Positions 41,085-51,891 of a DNA stretch of 64,000 nt are shown here, in pieces (the stretch's first letter is position 1; each line of letters begins with the position of its first letter). The DNA is from an uncultured Acidobacteriota bacterium (GTDB lineage Bacteria > Acidobacteriota > Polarisedimenticolia > J045), in assembly GCA_963702425.1 (NCBI GenBank), contig CAVPCQ010000006.1, positions 160,001 through 224,000 of the forward strand, written 5' to 3'. Under the pieces are notes generated by a model. The model ran no database searches, had not been told where the DNA came from, and worked only from the letters and a program-made list of their open reading frames with translations. The position numbers and the translations under genes are program-made.

Positions 41085-42239
41085 TCAGTGCTTGTCGAGC
41101 CGGCCGAGCAGCTGGCGCGCGATCACCATCCGCTGGATCTCCGAGGTCCCCTCGCCGATCGTGCAGAGCTTGGCGTCGCGGTAGTACTTCTCGACCGGAT
41201 AGTCCTTGACGTAGCCGTAACCGCCGAAGACCTGGATCGCGTCGTTGGAGACGCGGACCGCGACCTCGCTCGCGTACAGCTTGGCCATCGACGACTCGAG
41301 CGTCGTCGGCTTCTTCTGGTCCTTCAGCCACGCCGCGCGATAGGTCAGGAGACGCGCCGCGTCGGTCTCGGTCGCCATGTTGGCGAGCATCGCCTGCACC
41401 GCCTGGAAGGCGCCGATCGGCTGGCCGAACTGCTTGCGCTCGCCGGCGTACTTGATGGCGTGCCCCAGCGCCCCGGCCGCGATCCCGACCGCCAGCGCGG
41501 CGATCGAGATCCGCCCGCCGTCGAGCACCTGCATCGCCTGCTTGAAGCCGGTGCCGGTCTCGCCGATCAACTGTCCCTTGGGAATCCGGCAATCCTGCAG
41601 CACGACCTCCGAGGTGTCGGAGGCGCGCATCCCGAGCTTGTCCTCGTGCTTGCCGACCGAGAACCCGGGCGTCCCCTTCTCGACGATGAAGGCCGAGATC
41701 CCGTGGTGGGCCTTGGAGGGGTCGGTCGAGGCGAACAGGACCGCGACCTGGCCGACGCCGGCGTGGGTGGTGAAGGTCTTCGAGCCGTTGAGCACCCAGT
41801 GATTGCCGTCGAGGACCGCCGTCGTGCGGGTCCCGCCGGCGTCGGAGCCGGCGGTCGGCTCGGTCAGGCCCCAGGCCCCGATCCACTCGCCCCGGGCGAG
41901 CTTCGGCAGGTACTTCCGCTTCTGCTCCTCGCTCCCGAACTGCAGGATGTGGCCGGTGCCGAGGCTGTTGTGGGCGGCGATCCCCAGGCCCACCGAGGGG
42001 TCGACGGCGCTGACCGCGTCGATCACGGCGACGTACTCGACGTAGCCCAGGCCGGCCCCGCCGTACTCCTCCGGCACCAGGATCCCGAGGAAGCCGAGTT
42101 CGCCCGCCTTGCGGTAGACGTCCATCGGAAAGGTCGCGTCGCGGTCCCACTCCCGGATGTGGGGGGCGATCTCGCCCGCCGCGAAGTCGGCGGCGGCCTT
42201 GCGGATCTGTTCCTGCTCCTCGGTCAGTCGAAAGTCCAC
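41085..42239 (-). CDS. Acyl-CoA dehydrogenase
   Basis: LTEP.AGSD, NGSKTF and [18 protein letters not shown]. Confidence 0.95.
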   Translation of the reverse strand: MDFRLTEEQEQIRKAAADFAAGEIAPHIREWDRDATFPMDVYRKAGELGFLGILVPEEYGGAGLGYVEYVAVIDAVSAVDPSVGLGIAAHNSLGTGHILQFGSEEQKRKYLPKLARGEWIGAWGLTEPTAGSDAGGTRTTAVLDGNHWVLNGSKTFTTHAGVGQVAVLFASTDPSKAHHGISAFIVEKGTPGFSVGKHEDKLGMRASDTSEVVLQDCRIPKGQLIGETGTGFKQAMQVLDGGRISIAALAVGIAAGALGHAIKYAGERKQFGQPIGAFQAVQAMLANMATETDAARLLTYRAAWLKDQKKPTTLESSMAKLYASEVAVRVSNDAIQVFGGYGYVKDYPVEKYYRDAKLCTIGEGTSEIQRMVIARQLLGRLDKH

Positions 42240-42344
42240 GGCGTCCTCCGGCGGGCGTCGAAACGGGGCGACGGCTCTGTCGGTGCAAGAAGGGATGGCG
42301 GCGGAACGGGGGATGATACCGCCGCGGGCGGCCGTCCGCCGCGC

Positions 42345-43484
42345 TCAGAGCAGGTCGACGAAGAGCTCGTCGGCGATCAGGAAGCCGGCCGCGGTGAGCC
42401 GGACCCGGGTCCCGTCCCGAAACGCCAGGCCGAACCGTGCCGCCTGCGCCAGCGCCCCTTCCCGCGCCCCGATCACGGCGTCCCCGTAACGCGCCGCGAG
42501 CGCCGCGAGGTCGACCCCCTCGGCCGTTCGCAGGCCGAACACGAGGGCCTCCCCGGCGCGCCGGTCGGGGTCGTACGGCTCGGCCGCGGGCGGCGGGAAG
42601 CCGGCCCGCGCGGCGGCCTCGTAATCGGAGAAGCGGCGCGGGTTGGTCCAGCGCATCCCGTCGACGTACGAGGCCGCCGACGGCCCGAATCCGGCGTACG
42701 GCAGATCACGCCAGTAGCGTAGGTTGTGGCGGCTCAGGCGGCCCGGGAGCGCGAAGTTCGAGATCTCGTAGCGGGCCAGGCCGGTCCGCTCCAGCGCGGC
42801 CACGGCGGCGTCGTACATCTCGGCCATCAGGTCCGGATCGGGGCGCGGCAGCGCGCCCCGCTCGATCGCTCGGACCAGCGGGGTGCGGCTGGTCGTCTCG
42901 AGCGCGTAGATCGAGACGTGGTCCGAGCCCAGCTCGATCGCTTGGGCCAGCTCGCCGGCCCAGCCCGCGAGCGACTGCCCCGGCCAGCCGAAGATCAGGT
43001 CGATCCCGAGCGACGGGATCCCCGCGGCGCGCGCCGCGTCCACCGCCCGGATCGACTCCGCTGCGCTTCCCGGCCGGCCCAGCGCCGCCAGCCCCTCCGC
43101 GGTCAGCGACTGGATCCCGATCGTCAGGCGGTTCACCCCCGACGCTAGCCACGCCGCGAGCGTCTCCGCCCGCACGTCTTCGGGGTTCGCCTCGAGGCTG
43201 ACCTCGCCGCCCTGGTCGAGCCGGAAGGCGCCGCGCACCGCCTCGAGTGTCCCCGCGATGACCGAGGGTGGGACGCGCGACGGCGTCCCGCCGCCGAAGT
43301 AGACGCTGTCGGCCGGGCGGGTGCCGAAACGGGCGCCGAAGGCGGCGATCTCGGCCGCCAGCGCGTCGGCGAAGTCCGGCACCCGGCGGTCCTGGCCGGT
43401 GACGATCGCGAAGTCGCAATAGGCGCAGCGCTGGCCGCAGAACGGCACGTGGAGGTAGACGCCCAGCGAGCGGTCGTCGCGCAT
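42345..43484 (-). CDS. hemW: Radical SAM heme chaperone HemW
   Basis: YLHVPFC..RC.YCDF, GGGTPS and YEISNF..HNLRYW. Confidence 0.92.
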   Translation of the reverse strand: MRDDRSLGVYLHVPFCGQRCAYCDFAIVTGQDRRVPDFADALAAEIAAFGARFGTRPADSVYFGGGTPSRVPPSVIAGTLEAVRGAFRLDQGGEVSLEANPEDVRAETLAAWLASGVNRLTIGIQSLTAEGLAALGRPGSAAESIRAVDAARAAGIPSLGIDLIFGWPGQSLAGWAGELAQAIELGSDHVSIYALETTSRTPLVRAIERGALPRPDPDLMAEMYDAAVAALERTGLARYEISNFALPGRLSRHNLRYWRDLPYAGFGPSAASYVDGMRWTNPRRFSDYEAAARAGFPPPAAEPYDPDRRAGEALVFGLRTAEGVDLAALAARYGDAVIGAREGALAQAARFGLAFRDGTRVRLTAAGFLIADELFVDLL

Positions 43485-43515
43485 CGGGCCGCCATTGTGC
43501 GCGACAATCGCGGCG

Positions 43516-44313
43516 ATGCCCGCCGACTCTCACCCGAACCGCCCGCTCCGGCGGTTCGGCCAGAACTTTCTCTCGGATCGCGTGCTGGCCGAGCGGCTGG
43601 TCGAGCTGTTCGACCCCCGCCCGGACGAGACGGTGGTCGAGATCGGGCCGGGAACGGGCGCGTTGACCGGGTTGATCGCGCCGCACTGCGGGCGCTTCGT
43701 CGCGCTCGAGCTGGACGAACGGCTGGTGCCGGGGATTGCGGAGCTGCTCGCCGGGCAGCGGGGGGCCGAGGTCCGGCGGGTCGACGCACTCTCCGTGAGT
43801 TGGGACGCGCTGGCGGAGGAACTCGGCGCGGCCCGCCTGCGCGTGATCGGCAACCTGCCCTACAACGTCGCCACGCCGATCGTGCGGCGGCTCCTGGCCT
43901 CGGACCGGGTGGGCGACCTGCAGGTCGTGCTGCAGCGCGAGGTCGCCGACCGCTTCCTCGCCGGCCCGGGAACGAAGGACTACGGCCCGGTCTCGATCGT
44001 CGCCGCGCTCCGCGCGGAGGGCCGACGCCTGATCACGCTCGGGCCCGGCGCCTTCCGGCCCCGCCCGAAGGTTACCAGCACCGCGATCGCGTTCGCGCGG
44101 CGGGACGGTCCGACGCTCCCGGCGGCCGAGATCCCGGCGCTCGAGCGCTGCCTGTTCCGTGGTTTCGGACACCGCCGGAAGATGCTCGCGAACAACTTCG
44201 GCGCCGACGGCGCGCGCGTGCGCGCTTTCCTAGCCGGGCACGGCCTCTCGCCCGACGCACGCGCCGAAGCGGTCCCGGCCGCGGTCTGGCTGGCCCTCTC
44301 GCGGCACCTATAA
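43516..44313 (+). CDS. rsmA: 16S rRNA dimethyladenosine transferase
   Basis: FGQNFL, EIGPGTG and NLPYN. Confidence 0.95.
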   Translation: MPADSHPNRPLRRFGQNFLSDRVLAERLVELFDPRPDETVVEIGPGTGALTGLIAPHCGRFVALELDERLVPGIAELLAGQRGAEVRRVDALSVSWDALAEELGAARLRVIGNLPYNVATPIVRRLLASDRVGDLQVVLQREVADRFLAGPGTKDYGPVSIVAALRAEGRRLITLGPGAFRPRPKVTSTAIAFARRDGPTLPAAEIPALERCLFRGFGHRRKMLANNFGADGARVRAFLAGHGLSPDARAEAVPAAVWLALSRHL

Positions 44314-44322
44314 TCCGCGACG

Positions 44323-46002
44323 ATGCGCGGAGCCGACGACGTCGAGATCTACTCCCTCGGGGGCTGCGGCGGCTTCGGCATGAACGCCACGCTCTACGTC
44401 TGCGGCGACGACGGGCTGCTGGTCGACTTCGGGCTGGGGCTGCCCAAGAGCCCGTCGCTCGGCGTGAGCCAGATCGTCCCCGATCCCTCCCCCCTGCTCG
44501 CGCGCTGCCCGCGGCTCGTCGCGGTTCTCCTGACCCACGCCCACGACGATCATGTCGGGGCGCTGGCGCACCTCCCCGTTGCCTGGCGGACCGCCCCGGT
44601 TTACGGCCCGGGGCTGGCCATCGACGCCGCGAAGGACCGGCTCGATGACGCCGGGGTCCCGGCCCCTCCCCTGCACGCGGTTGCCGCGGGCACCCGGCTC
44701 GAGTTGGGGCGCTTCAGCGCGACGCTGGTCCACGTCACGCACTCCGTCCCGGAGACGCGGATCGTCGCGCTCGACACCCCGGCCGGCCTGGTCGTCCACC
44801 TGAGCGACTTCAAGCTCGACCCGACGCCGGTCCAGGGCCCGCCGACCGACCTCGCGGCGCTGGCCGAGCTGGGGAAACGCGGCGTAAGGCTGGCGCTCTT
44901 CGACAGCACCGGCGCGCTGCGCGAGGAGCGCACCGCGAGCGAGCGGAGCGTCGTCGGGCCGCTCGAGTCGGTGATCCGCGAATGCGACGGGCAGGTCGTC
45001 GTCTCGACCTTCGCCAGCCACCTGCACCGGATCCAGTCGCTCTGTGCGATCGCCGCGCGCGGCGGCCGCCGGCCGGTCCCGATGGGCCTGCGGATGACGC
45101 GCACCGTGCGGCACGGGCTCGACCGCGGCCTGTTCGACGCCCCGGCCGGGCTGCTGCGCGACCGCGACGAGCTGCCGCAGATCCCCCAGCGCGCCCGTCT
45201 CGTGATCGCCGGCGGCTGCCAGGGGGAGCGCGACTCGTCGCTCAACCGGATCTCGCTCGAGAACGAGCCGCGGATCGCGCTCGGCCACGGGGACCTCGTC
45301 GTGATCTCGGCCAGCATCATCCCCGGCTGCGAGGTGAACGTCGGCCGGATGACCGACCGCTTCCTGCGCCGCGGCGTCTCGGTCGTCCACGCCGCGGAAG
45401 TCCGCGACCTGCACGTCTCCGGCCACGGCGGCCGCGAGGAGATCCGCGAGGTGCTCGCGCTGCTGCGGCCCGAGGCGGCGGTCCCGATCCACGGCGACCG
45501 GACGCATCTCGAGACGGCGGCCCGGCTGGCGGAGCGGCTCGACGCGCCGCCGCGGCAGGTCGAGGTGATCGAGCTGGGCGAAGGGCTCCGGCTCGGCCCG
45601 CGCGGGCTCGCACGGGGTGAGCGGATCGAGCTCGTGCCGCGCTACCTCGACGAGACCGGCCGGCAGGTCCCGGGAGAGGTCCTCAAGGACCGCTTCCGGA
45701 TGTCGGAAACGGGGGCGGCCACCGTCTTCGCATCGCTGCGCCGCGGCCGGGACGGGACCCCCGAGGCGGAGGTCCGGATCGCGGCCCTGGGGGTGTCGGG
45801 CTGGACCGGCGACGGGAGCCGCCGGGTGCGGGAGCTGGAGGAGGCGGTGCGGCGGCTGCTGGTGCGGCTCGGCACCCGTCCGGGGAACGGAGAGAAGGTC
45901 AAGGACGAGATCGCCGGCCTGGTCGCACACGCACTCCGCGAGGGGAGCCGGCGCAAGCCGAAGGTGGTCGTGCTGCTGGACGACACGCGGGAGCGCCCGT
46001 GA
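44323..46002 (+). CDS. rnj: Ribonuclease J
   Basis: THAHDDH, THSVPE, DFKLD, HVSGH and PIHG. Confidence 0.9.
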   Translation: MRGADDVEIYSLGGCGGFGMNATLYVCGDDGLLVDFGLGLPKSPSLGVSQIVPDPSPLLARCPRLVAVLLTHAHDDHVGALAHLPVAWRTAPVYGPGLAIDAAKDRLDDAGVPAPPLHAVAAGTRLELGRFSATLVHVTHSVPETRIVALDTPAGLVVHLSDFKLDPTPVQGPPTDLAALAELGKRGVRLALFDSTGALREERTASERSVVGPLESVIRECDGQVVVSTFASHLHRIQSLCAIAARGGRRPVPMGLRMTRTVRHGLDRGLFDAPAGLLRDRDELPQIPQRARLVIAGGCQGERDSSLNRISLENEPRIALGHGDLVVISASIIPGCEVNVGRMTDRFLRRGVSVVHAAEVRDLHVSGHGGREEIREVLALLRPEAAVPIHGDRTHLETAARLAERLDAPPRQVEVIELGEGLRLGPRGLARGERIELVPRYLDETGRQVPGEVLKDRFRMSETGAATVFASLRRGRDGTPEAEVRIAALGVSGWTGDGSRRVRELEEAVRRLLVRLGTRPGNGEKVKDEIAGLVAHALREGSRRKPKVVVLLDDTRERP

Positions 46003-46820
46003 GCGCGCCGGGACCGCTCGGGCCGCTCGAGGCCGCGCTGCTGGGCTTGGTCGAGGGCCTGACCGAGTTCCTCCCGGTCTCGTCGACCGGGCACCTGATC
46101 CTGACCTCGTGGCTGCTGGGACGGACCGGCGACGCGGGCCTCGAGGCCTACGAGATCGTGATCCAGTCGGGTGCGATCCTCGCGGTGCTCGGGCTCTACC
46201 GCGAGCGGGTGGCGGAGATGCTGCGCGGCCTCGCCGGGCGCGACCCGGCCGGCCGGCGGCTACTCGTGAATCTCGCGGTCGGCGTCTTCCCCGCCCTGGT
46301 CCTCGGGGTCCTGCTCAAGAAGCCGATCGATCGCTGGCTGTTCCACCCCGGCCCGGTCGCCGCGGCTCTCGCGATCGGCGGGCTGGTGATGCTCGCCTGC
46401 GAGCCGCTGCGCCGCCGCCGGGTCGAGGACGGGGTCGGCCTCGAGCAACTCGGCTGGCGCCAGGCGCTGGCGATCGGGCTGGTGCAGTGCGTCGCGATGT
46501 GGCCTGGAACCTCGCGCTCGCTGGCGACGATCCTCGGCGGGCTCGCGGTCGGGCTCCGGCCGCCGGCCGCGGCGGAGTTCTCGTTCCTGCTGGCGCTGCC
46601 GACGCTGCTGGCCGCGACCGGCTACTCGCTGCTCAAGGACGGCCCCCTGATCGCGGCCTCCGTCACCCCGCTCTCGGCCCTCGTCGGGATCGTGGTGGCG
46701 ATGGTCAGCGCCGGTCTGGCCGTGAAGGGGTTCGTGCACTGGCTGGGCCACCACGGGCTCCAGCCCTTCGCCGTCTACCGGATCCTGCTCGCGGCGGCGG
46801 TCCTTTTCGCCCTGCACTAG
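45999..46820 (+). CDS. uppP: Undecaprenyl-diphosphate phosphatase
   Basis: EGLTEFLPVSSTGH, PGTSRS and AEFSFLL. Confidence 0.95.
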   Translation: MSAPGPLGPLEAALLGLVEGLTEFLPVSSTGHLILTSWLLGRTGDAGLEAYEIVIQSGAILAVLGLYRERVAEMLRGLAGRDPAGRRLLVNLAVGVFPALVLGVLLKKPIDRWLFHPGPVAAALAIGGLVMLACEPLRRRRVEDGVGLEQLGWRQALAIGLVQCVAMWPGTSRSLATILGGLAVGLRPPAAAEFSFLLALPTLLAATGYSLLKDGPLIAASVTPLSALVGIVVAMVSAGLAVKGFVHWLGHHGLQPFAVYRILLAAAVLFALH

Positions 46821-46869
46821 GCCGCTGCCCCCTACCCATCTGCTGTTTACGGCGTTACCATCGCGTTCG

Positions 46870-49308
46870 ATGCTGCGCGATCTGCTCGACGCCCCGCGGG
46901 GCCGGGAAGCGGTGGGGATCCTGTTGACGGGGGCCGCGGTGCTCTGCGCGCTGGCCCTGTCCACCTTTACCCCGACCGACCCCTCCTTCTTCGCCTCCAG
47001 CAGCACCGGCGCGACGCACAACTGGATCGGACCGGCAGGAGCCCAGGTCTCGGCCGCGCTCTACGAGACCTTCGGCCTGGCCGCCTGGTTCCTGCCGTTG
47101 ATCCTGATCGCTGGGGCGCTCCGGCAACTGCGGCGGAGCAGCGAGACGCTGCGCGGCTCGGCGGTGCTGGGGCTGGTCCTGGTCGGCCTCGCGACCGCGA
47201 TTCTGATGTGCCTGATCGCCGGCCGGATCCGGCTGCGCGGCGCGTCGATGATGGCCGGGGGACTGGTCGGCAGCCTGTTCTCCCAGGGCCTGACCGCGAT
47301 CGCCAGCGACGTCGGCGCGGTGATCGTGGCCGGGACGATGCTGCTGGTGGGCTTGGCGCTGGCGGCCCGCTCGTCGCTGGCCGACTCAGCCGAAGACGCG
47401 AGCCGGGTGGTGCGGCGCGCCGTTCCCAAGGGGACCGGCCCGGCGCTCCGTCGCGGCGCGTGGCGCGTCACCGGATCGCTCGGGAGCGGCCTCGCGGGGG
47501 CGGGACGGGCGCTCGCCCGCCTGCGGCCCGCCCGGCCGCGGCCCGCGGTCCCCGTCGCCTCGATCGAGCCGGAGCCGCTCGACCTCGGCCCGGTCGCTGT
47601 GCTCGCCTCGGCGCTGCCGAGCGCGCCGGTCGCGGACGAGCCGGTCCTCCTGCCGCCCGACCTGGCGCTCCCGGAGGAACCCGCCGACGAGGACCTAGAT
47701 GACGCGACTGCCGCGGCTGCGGCCCCGGCCGGCCGGCGTGCCGCGAAGCGTGCCGGCCACCGGAGCACCCAGGCCTCGCTGCCGGTCGACATGCCCCTGG
47801 CGCACGCCAAGCTCCCGCCGCTCGAGCTGCTCGGCTCCCCCCCGCCGCAGGCCCCTCCCGACCGCCAGGAACTGCTCGCGATCGCGCGCCACATCGAGCG
47901 CCGCTGCGCCGAGTTCCAGGTCGAGGGGCAGGTCACGGAGTTCCACCCGGGCCCGGTCGTCACGACCTACGAGTTCCGCCCCAATGCCGGGATCAAGCTG
48001 GCCCGGATCACCTCGCTCTGCGACGACCTGGCGCTGGCGCTCGAGGCCGACAACGTCCGGATCGACCGGATCCCGGGGCGCCCGACGGTCGGGATCGAGG
48101 TCCCGAACCGCCGCCGCGAGCTGATCGCGCTGCGGCCGCTGCTCGAGCACGAGAGCTTCCGCCGGCCGAACGACCCGCTGACGATCGCGGTCGGGCGGAC
48201 GCAGGAGGGCGAGGTCTTCGTCACCTCGCTGTCCAAGATGCCGCACCTGCTGGTCGCCGGCTCGACGGGGTCGGGCAAGAGCGTCGGGCTCAACACGATC
48301 ATCACCTCGATCCTCTACCGCGCCCGGCCGGACCAGGTGAAGTTCATCATGGTGGACCCCAAGATGCTCGAGCTGGGGATCTACCAGGGGCTGCCGCACC
48401 TGCTGGTCCCGGTCGTCACCGACATGCGGCTGGCGACCAACGCGCTCAAGTGGGGGGTGCGCGAGATGGAGCGGCGCTACCGGCTGCTCGCTTCGTGCAA
48501 CGTGCGCGACCTCGAAGGGTTCAACCGCCACGTCGAGGAGGACCCGGAGGGCGTCCGCAAGGCGATCGAGAGCATTCCGCGCCGCGGCGAGGGGGAGCGC
48601 TTCGAGGTCAAGACGCTCCCCTACATCGTGGTCGTGGTCGACGAGCTGGCCGACCTGATGATGACCACCGGCCACGAGGCCGAGGAGGCGATCGCGCGGC
48701 TGGCGCAGAAGGCGCGCGCGGTCGGGATCCACCTCGTGCTGGCGACGCAGCGCCCGTCGGTCGACATCCTGACCGGCACGATCAAGGCCAACTTCCCGGC
48801 CCGGATCGGCTTCCGCGTCGCCTCGCGCATCGACTCGCGAACGATCCTCGACGGCTCCGGCGCCGAGCGCCTGCTGGGCCAGGGCGACATGCTCTTCCGG
48901 CTCCCCGGCAGCTCGCGCCTGCAGCGCGTGCACGGCGCCTACGTTTCCGAGGAAGAGGACCTCCGGATCGTGCGCTGGCTGCAGACCCAGGCCAAGGCGG
49001 AATACGACAAGAGCGTGCTCGAGGATCAGCCCGAACCGGCCTCCGAGAACGGTGGCGGGCTGGGCGAGGCGTTCAACCCGAACGACCCCGTCTACCGCGA
49101 CGCGGTCCGGCTGGTCGTGCAGTCGGGGCAGGCCTCCACGTCGTACCTGCAGCGCCGGATGAAGCTCGGCTACTCCCGCGCCGCGCGGATCATCGACCAG
49201 ATGCAGGAGGACGGGGTCGTCGGCCCGCCGGACGGCAGCAAGCCGCGGCAGATCCTGGTCGAGACCGACTACCTGGAGCGGTTGAACGACCCGCGCAACG
49301 ACCTGTAG
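46870..49308 (+). CDS. ftsK: DNA translocase FtsK
   Basis: 4TM N-domain, AGSTGSGKS, DELADLM, ATQRPS and gamma domain. Confidence 0.96.
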   Translation: MLRDLLDAPRGREAVGILLTGAAVLCALALSTFTPTDPSFFASSSTGATHNWIGPAGAQVSAALYETFGLAAWFLPLILIAGALRQLRRSSETLRGSAVLGLVLVGLATAILMCLIAGRIRLRGASMMAGGLVGSLFSQGLTAIASDVGAVIVAGTMLLVGLALAARSSLADSAEDASRVVRRAVPKGTGPALRRGAWRVTGSLGSGLAGAGRALARLRPARPRPAVPVASIEPEPLDLGPVAVLASALPSAPVADEPVLLPPDLALPEEPADEDLDDATAAAAAPAGRRAAKRAGHRSTQASLPVDMPLAHAKLPPLELLGSPPPQAPPDRQELLAIARHIERRCAEFQVEGQVTEFHPGPVVTTYEFRPNAGIKLARITSLCDDLALALEADNVRIDRIPGRPTVGIEVPNRRRELIALRPLLEHESFRRPNDPLTIAVGRTQEGEVFVTSLSKMPHLLVAGSTGSGKSVGLNTIITSILYRARPDQVKFIMVDPKMLELGIYQGLPHLLVPVVTDMRLATNALKWGVREMERRYRLLASCNVRDLEGFNRHVEEDPEGVRKAIESIPRRGEGERFEVKTLPYIVVVVDELADLMMTTGHEAEEAIARLAQKARAVGIHLVLATQRPSVDILTGTIKANFPARIGFRVASRIDSRTILDGSGAERLLGQGDMLFRLPGSSRLQRVHGAYVSEEEDLRIVRWLQTQAKAEYDKSVLEDQPEPASENGGGLGEAFNPNDPVYRDAVRLVVQSGQASTSYLQRRMKLGYSRAARIIDQMQEDGVVGPPDGSKPRQILVETDYLERLNDPRNDL

Positions 49309-49326
49309 CGCGCCGAGCGTTTCGCG

Positions 49327-50874
49327 TCAGTAGCCCGCGATCGTCGTGTCCGGTCCGAGGTCCTGCGGCTTGACGCCGAGCAGCGGCGTCCCCTCGACGA
49401 CCAGCACCGAGCCGACCGGCCACCCCTTGGCGAGCTGCAGGTAGGCCTGCACGGCGTAAGGGGCCAGGATCGCGACGTTCGCGGTCCGGCCGGTGAGCCG
49501 GCGCTGCGGCTCCGCGGGCTGGAACGGGAACGGGTCGATCATCGCGCTCGCCGATTGCGGCCCGAAGGCTTCGGCGACGATCTGGAACCGGCCGACCCGC
49601 CGGTCCGCGCGGCCGTGCGCTTCGAAGGCGGACGCCACGGTGGCGCCGGTCGCTTCGAGCACCGTGCTGGCCGCGCGCCCGGCCATCTCCCACTGCGGGT
49701 AGCGCCAGAGCAGCGGCGTGCCGGGCAGGAGCGCCAGCAGCAGGCCCAGCGCCAGCAGCAGCGCCGGCGCCTTGCGCAGCGTCGCGCTGCGCGCGGCCGG
49801 ATCGGTCGCGGCCGCGCGCGCCGCGATCAACGCTGCACCGACGCCGGCCCCGGCGAACACGGCCAGCGGGGCGAGCAGCCCCTCCCCGTAGCGCAGCCGG
49901 AAGACGGGCGCCGCGATGAAGCTCGCCGTTCCGAGCGCGAGCCAGACGAGACAGGCCTGCCGCACCGGGACCCAGGTCGTTGCCGGCGCGGGGACGACGG
50001 CCGCCCGCCGCATCACCAGCCAGAGCAGGAAGGCCGACGTGAGCAGAGCGGCGACGGCCGGTGCGAGACCCCAGCGCTGGTGGTCGAGCAACCCGGCCGA
50101 CAGCTCGCGCACGGTCTCCCGGAGCGGCATCGGCAGCTCGCGTTCATAGCGGCCGATCGTGCCCAGCAGCGTGATGCGATACAGGAGGTGCGCGCCGAGC
50201 CCGACGGCGAGGACCGCGCTCGCGCCGACGGCCGCGCGGCGCCCCGGCCGGACGCGCCAGGGCTGCAGCACGACGATCGCGAGCAGTGGCGCGAGCAGCG
50301 CGGGCTCCTTGACCGTCGGGGCCAGCAGCGCCAGCGCCACGCCGAGCGCGAGCCGCCCCCGTCCGAGCGGCTCCGTCCCGGTCAGGGCCACCAGCGCGCC
50401 CAGGACCAGCGCCGTCGCCAGCGTGTCGGCGTCGCGCGAGGTCACGGGGACCGTCTCGGCCTGCAGCGGGTGCAGCGCGTAGACCAGCGCGGCGACGGTC
50501 CAGGCGAGCCGCGGCGCGGCGCCATGGCGCGCGGCGAGCGTACCCGCCAGCGCCGCTGTGGCGACCAGCAGCGCCAGCCGCGCGAAGTGATAGCCGAACG
50601 GCTGCTCCCCGAACGCCGCGAACTGCAGCGCCGTGAAGGCGGTGAGGCCCGGGCGCCAGAACCGCGCCCCTTCCCAGAGCCCCTCGAGGTAGCGCTGCGT
50701 GAACAGAATCGACGGGTCGGCCAGCGCGGCCTTGGCTTGCGCCAGGATCGGCCAGACGTCGACGCCGGTGAGCGGCATTCGCAGCGTGGACCCCCACGCC
50801 ACGGCCACCAGCACGAGGAGCAGCGCTGGCGGCAGCAGGCGCGCTGCGCGCGGCCCGGTCGGGCCGCCGCTCAA
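49327..50874 (-). CDS. Polytopic membrane protein, GT-C/ArnT/TMTC-like
   Basis: D..W..RP, YH, HPL.AE.V and KE motifs typical of GT-C fold; TTG start overlaps upstream stop. Confidence 0.65.
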   Translation of the reverse strand: MSGGPTGPRAARLLPPALLLVLVAVAWGSTLRMPLTGVDVWPILAQAKAALADPSILFTQRYLEGLWEGARFWRPGLTAFTALQFAAFGEQPFGYHFARLALLVATAALAGTLAARHGAAPRLAWTVAALVYALHPLQAETVPVTSRDADTLATALVLGALVALTGTEPLGRGRLALGVALALLAPTVKEPALLAPLLAIVVLQPWRVRPGRRAAVGASAVLAVGLGAHLLYRITLLGTIGRYERELPMPLRETVRELSAGLLDHQRWGLAPAVAALLTSAFLLWLVMRRAAVVPAPATTWVPVRQACLVWLALGTASFIAAPVFRLRYGEGLLAPLAVFAGAGVGAALIAARAAATDPAARSATLRKAPALLLALGLLLALLPGTPLLWRYPQWEMAGRAASTVLEATGATVASAFEAHGRADRRVGRFQIVAEAFGPQSASAMIDPFPFQPAEPQRRLTGRTANVAILAPYAVQAYLQLAKGWPVGSVLVVEGTPLLGVKPQDLGPDTTIAGY

Positions 50875-51797
50875 CGCGCGGTTCCGGAGACCGCGGCCGC
50901 CGCCACGGGGTTGCCGGTCAGGGGATCGATCGGAAACGCCCCTTCCACCGTCACGGCGCTCGCCTCGAGCAGCGTTCCCGTGCGGTCGAGCGCGACGCGC
51001 CCGAGCTGCTGGCCGAGCAGGCCGACCCACAGCGTCGGCGCATCGAACCCGGCCTCGGGCCGCGTGCTGATCGTCGACCCGCTGCTGGCGAAGACGGCGT
51101 CCACGCCGGGCGCCGCGCGGAGCAGCTCGGCCAGATCGGTGTAGCCGGCGTTCGAGAGCAGCACGACGCGCGCGCCCTCCCCTTGCAGCCGCGCGACGAG
51201 CGCCGGAACGATCTCGCGCGCGTCGACGGTGACGACGGTGCCGGTCCGCGGGCCGCCCCAGACCGCCGTCAGGTCGTGCGCGATCACGCCGATGAAGGCG
51301 ATCTTCCCGGACGGGGTGTCGAAGATCGCGGCCTCCTCGACCAGCGGGCGGCCGGTCTCGAGCACGCGCAGGTTGGCGGCGAGCAGCGGAAACGGCGCGG
51401 ATTTCGCCGCCGCCGCGATCCCCTCGGCCCCGACCGCCTCGAGATCGAACAGCCCGACCGCGACCGCTGCATAGGGGACGGTTCCGTAGAAGGCGATCAT
51501 CCCGGAGAGCGGAACCTGCTCGTCGACGGTCGGGTCGACGAGGTTCCCGGTGCTCACCCAGAGCGGCTTCGCCTCCGGTTCGGTGTCGCGCAGCCACTCG
51601 GTGAACGCGGGCCGATAGAGCGCGCCCCCCATCCGCCCCTGGCACCCCTTGGGGTGGATGAACCCGGTGTCGCCACCGGTGGCCAGAAGCACCGTCGCAG
51701 TCCCGCCGGGGAGCGGTTCCCAGGCCCCCTTCCCCGCCGCCGCGACGGGCGGGCCGGCCAGGGCGAGGATCGCGACGAGAGCGTGCAGGCGGCGCAT
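50871..51797 (-). CDS. Secreted 5'-nucleotidase/metallophosphoesterase-like protein (degenerate)
   Basis: Signal peptide; G.I.P.GC...GG..R, FPLLAANL and GKIAFIGV. Confidence 0.65.
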   Translation of the reverse strand: MRRLHALVAILALAGPPVAAAGKGAWEPLPGGTATVLLATGGDTGFIHPKGCQGRMGGALYRPAFTEWLRDTEPEAKPLWVSTGNLVDPTVDEQVPLSGMIAFYGTVPYAAVAVGLFDLEAVGAEGIAAAAKSAPFPLLAANLRVLETGRPLVEEAAIFDTPSGKIAFIGVIAHDLTAVWGGPRTGTVVTVDAREIVPALVARLQGEGARVVLLSNAGYTDLAELLRAAPGVDAVFASSGSTISTRPEAGFDAPTLWVGLLGQQLGRVALDRTGTLLEASAVTVEGAFPIDPLTGNPVAAAAVSGTAR

Positions 51798-51891
51798 CGG
51801 AGAGAGCATAGTCTCGACCGCCCGGGCGGCCAAAAGGCCCGGGACGCGCGCACTTGGGCGGTCTGGCGGCATGGTACGATCTGCGCACCGG

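Noticed and set aside
51640-51660. Selenocysteine read-through in the nucleotidase-like gene
   Set aside because: The motif reads PKGC with a normal Cys codon and no in-frame TGA.
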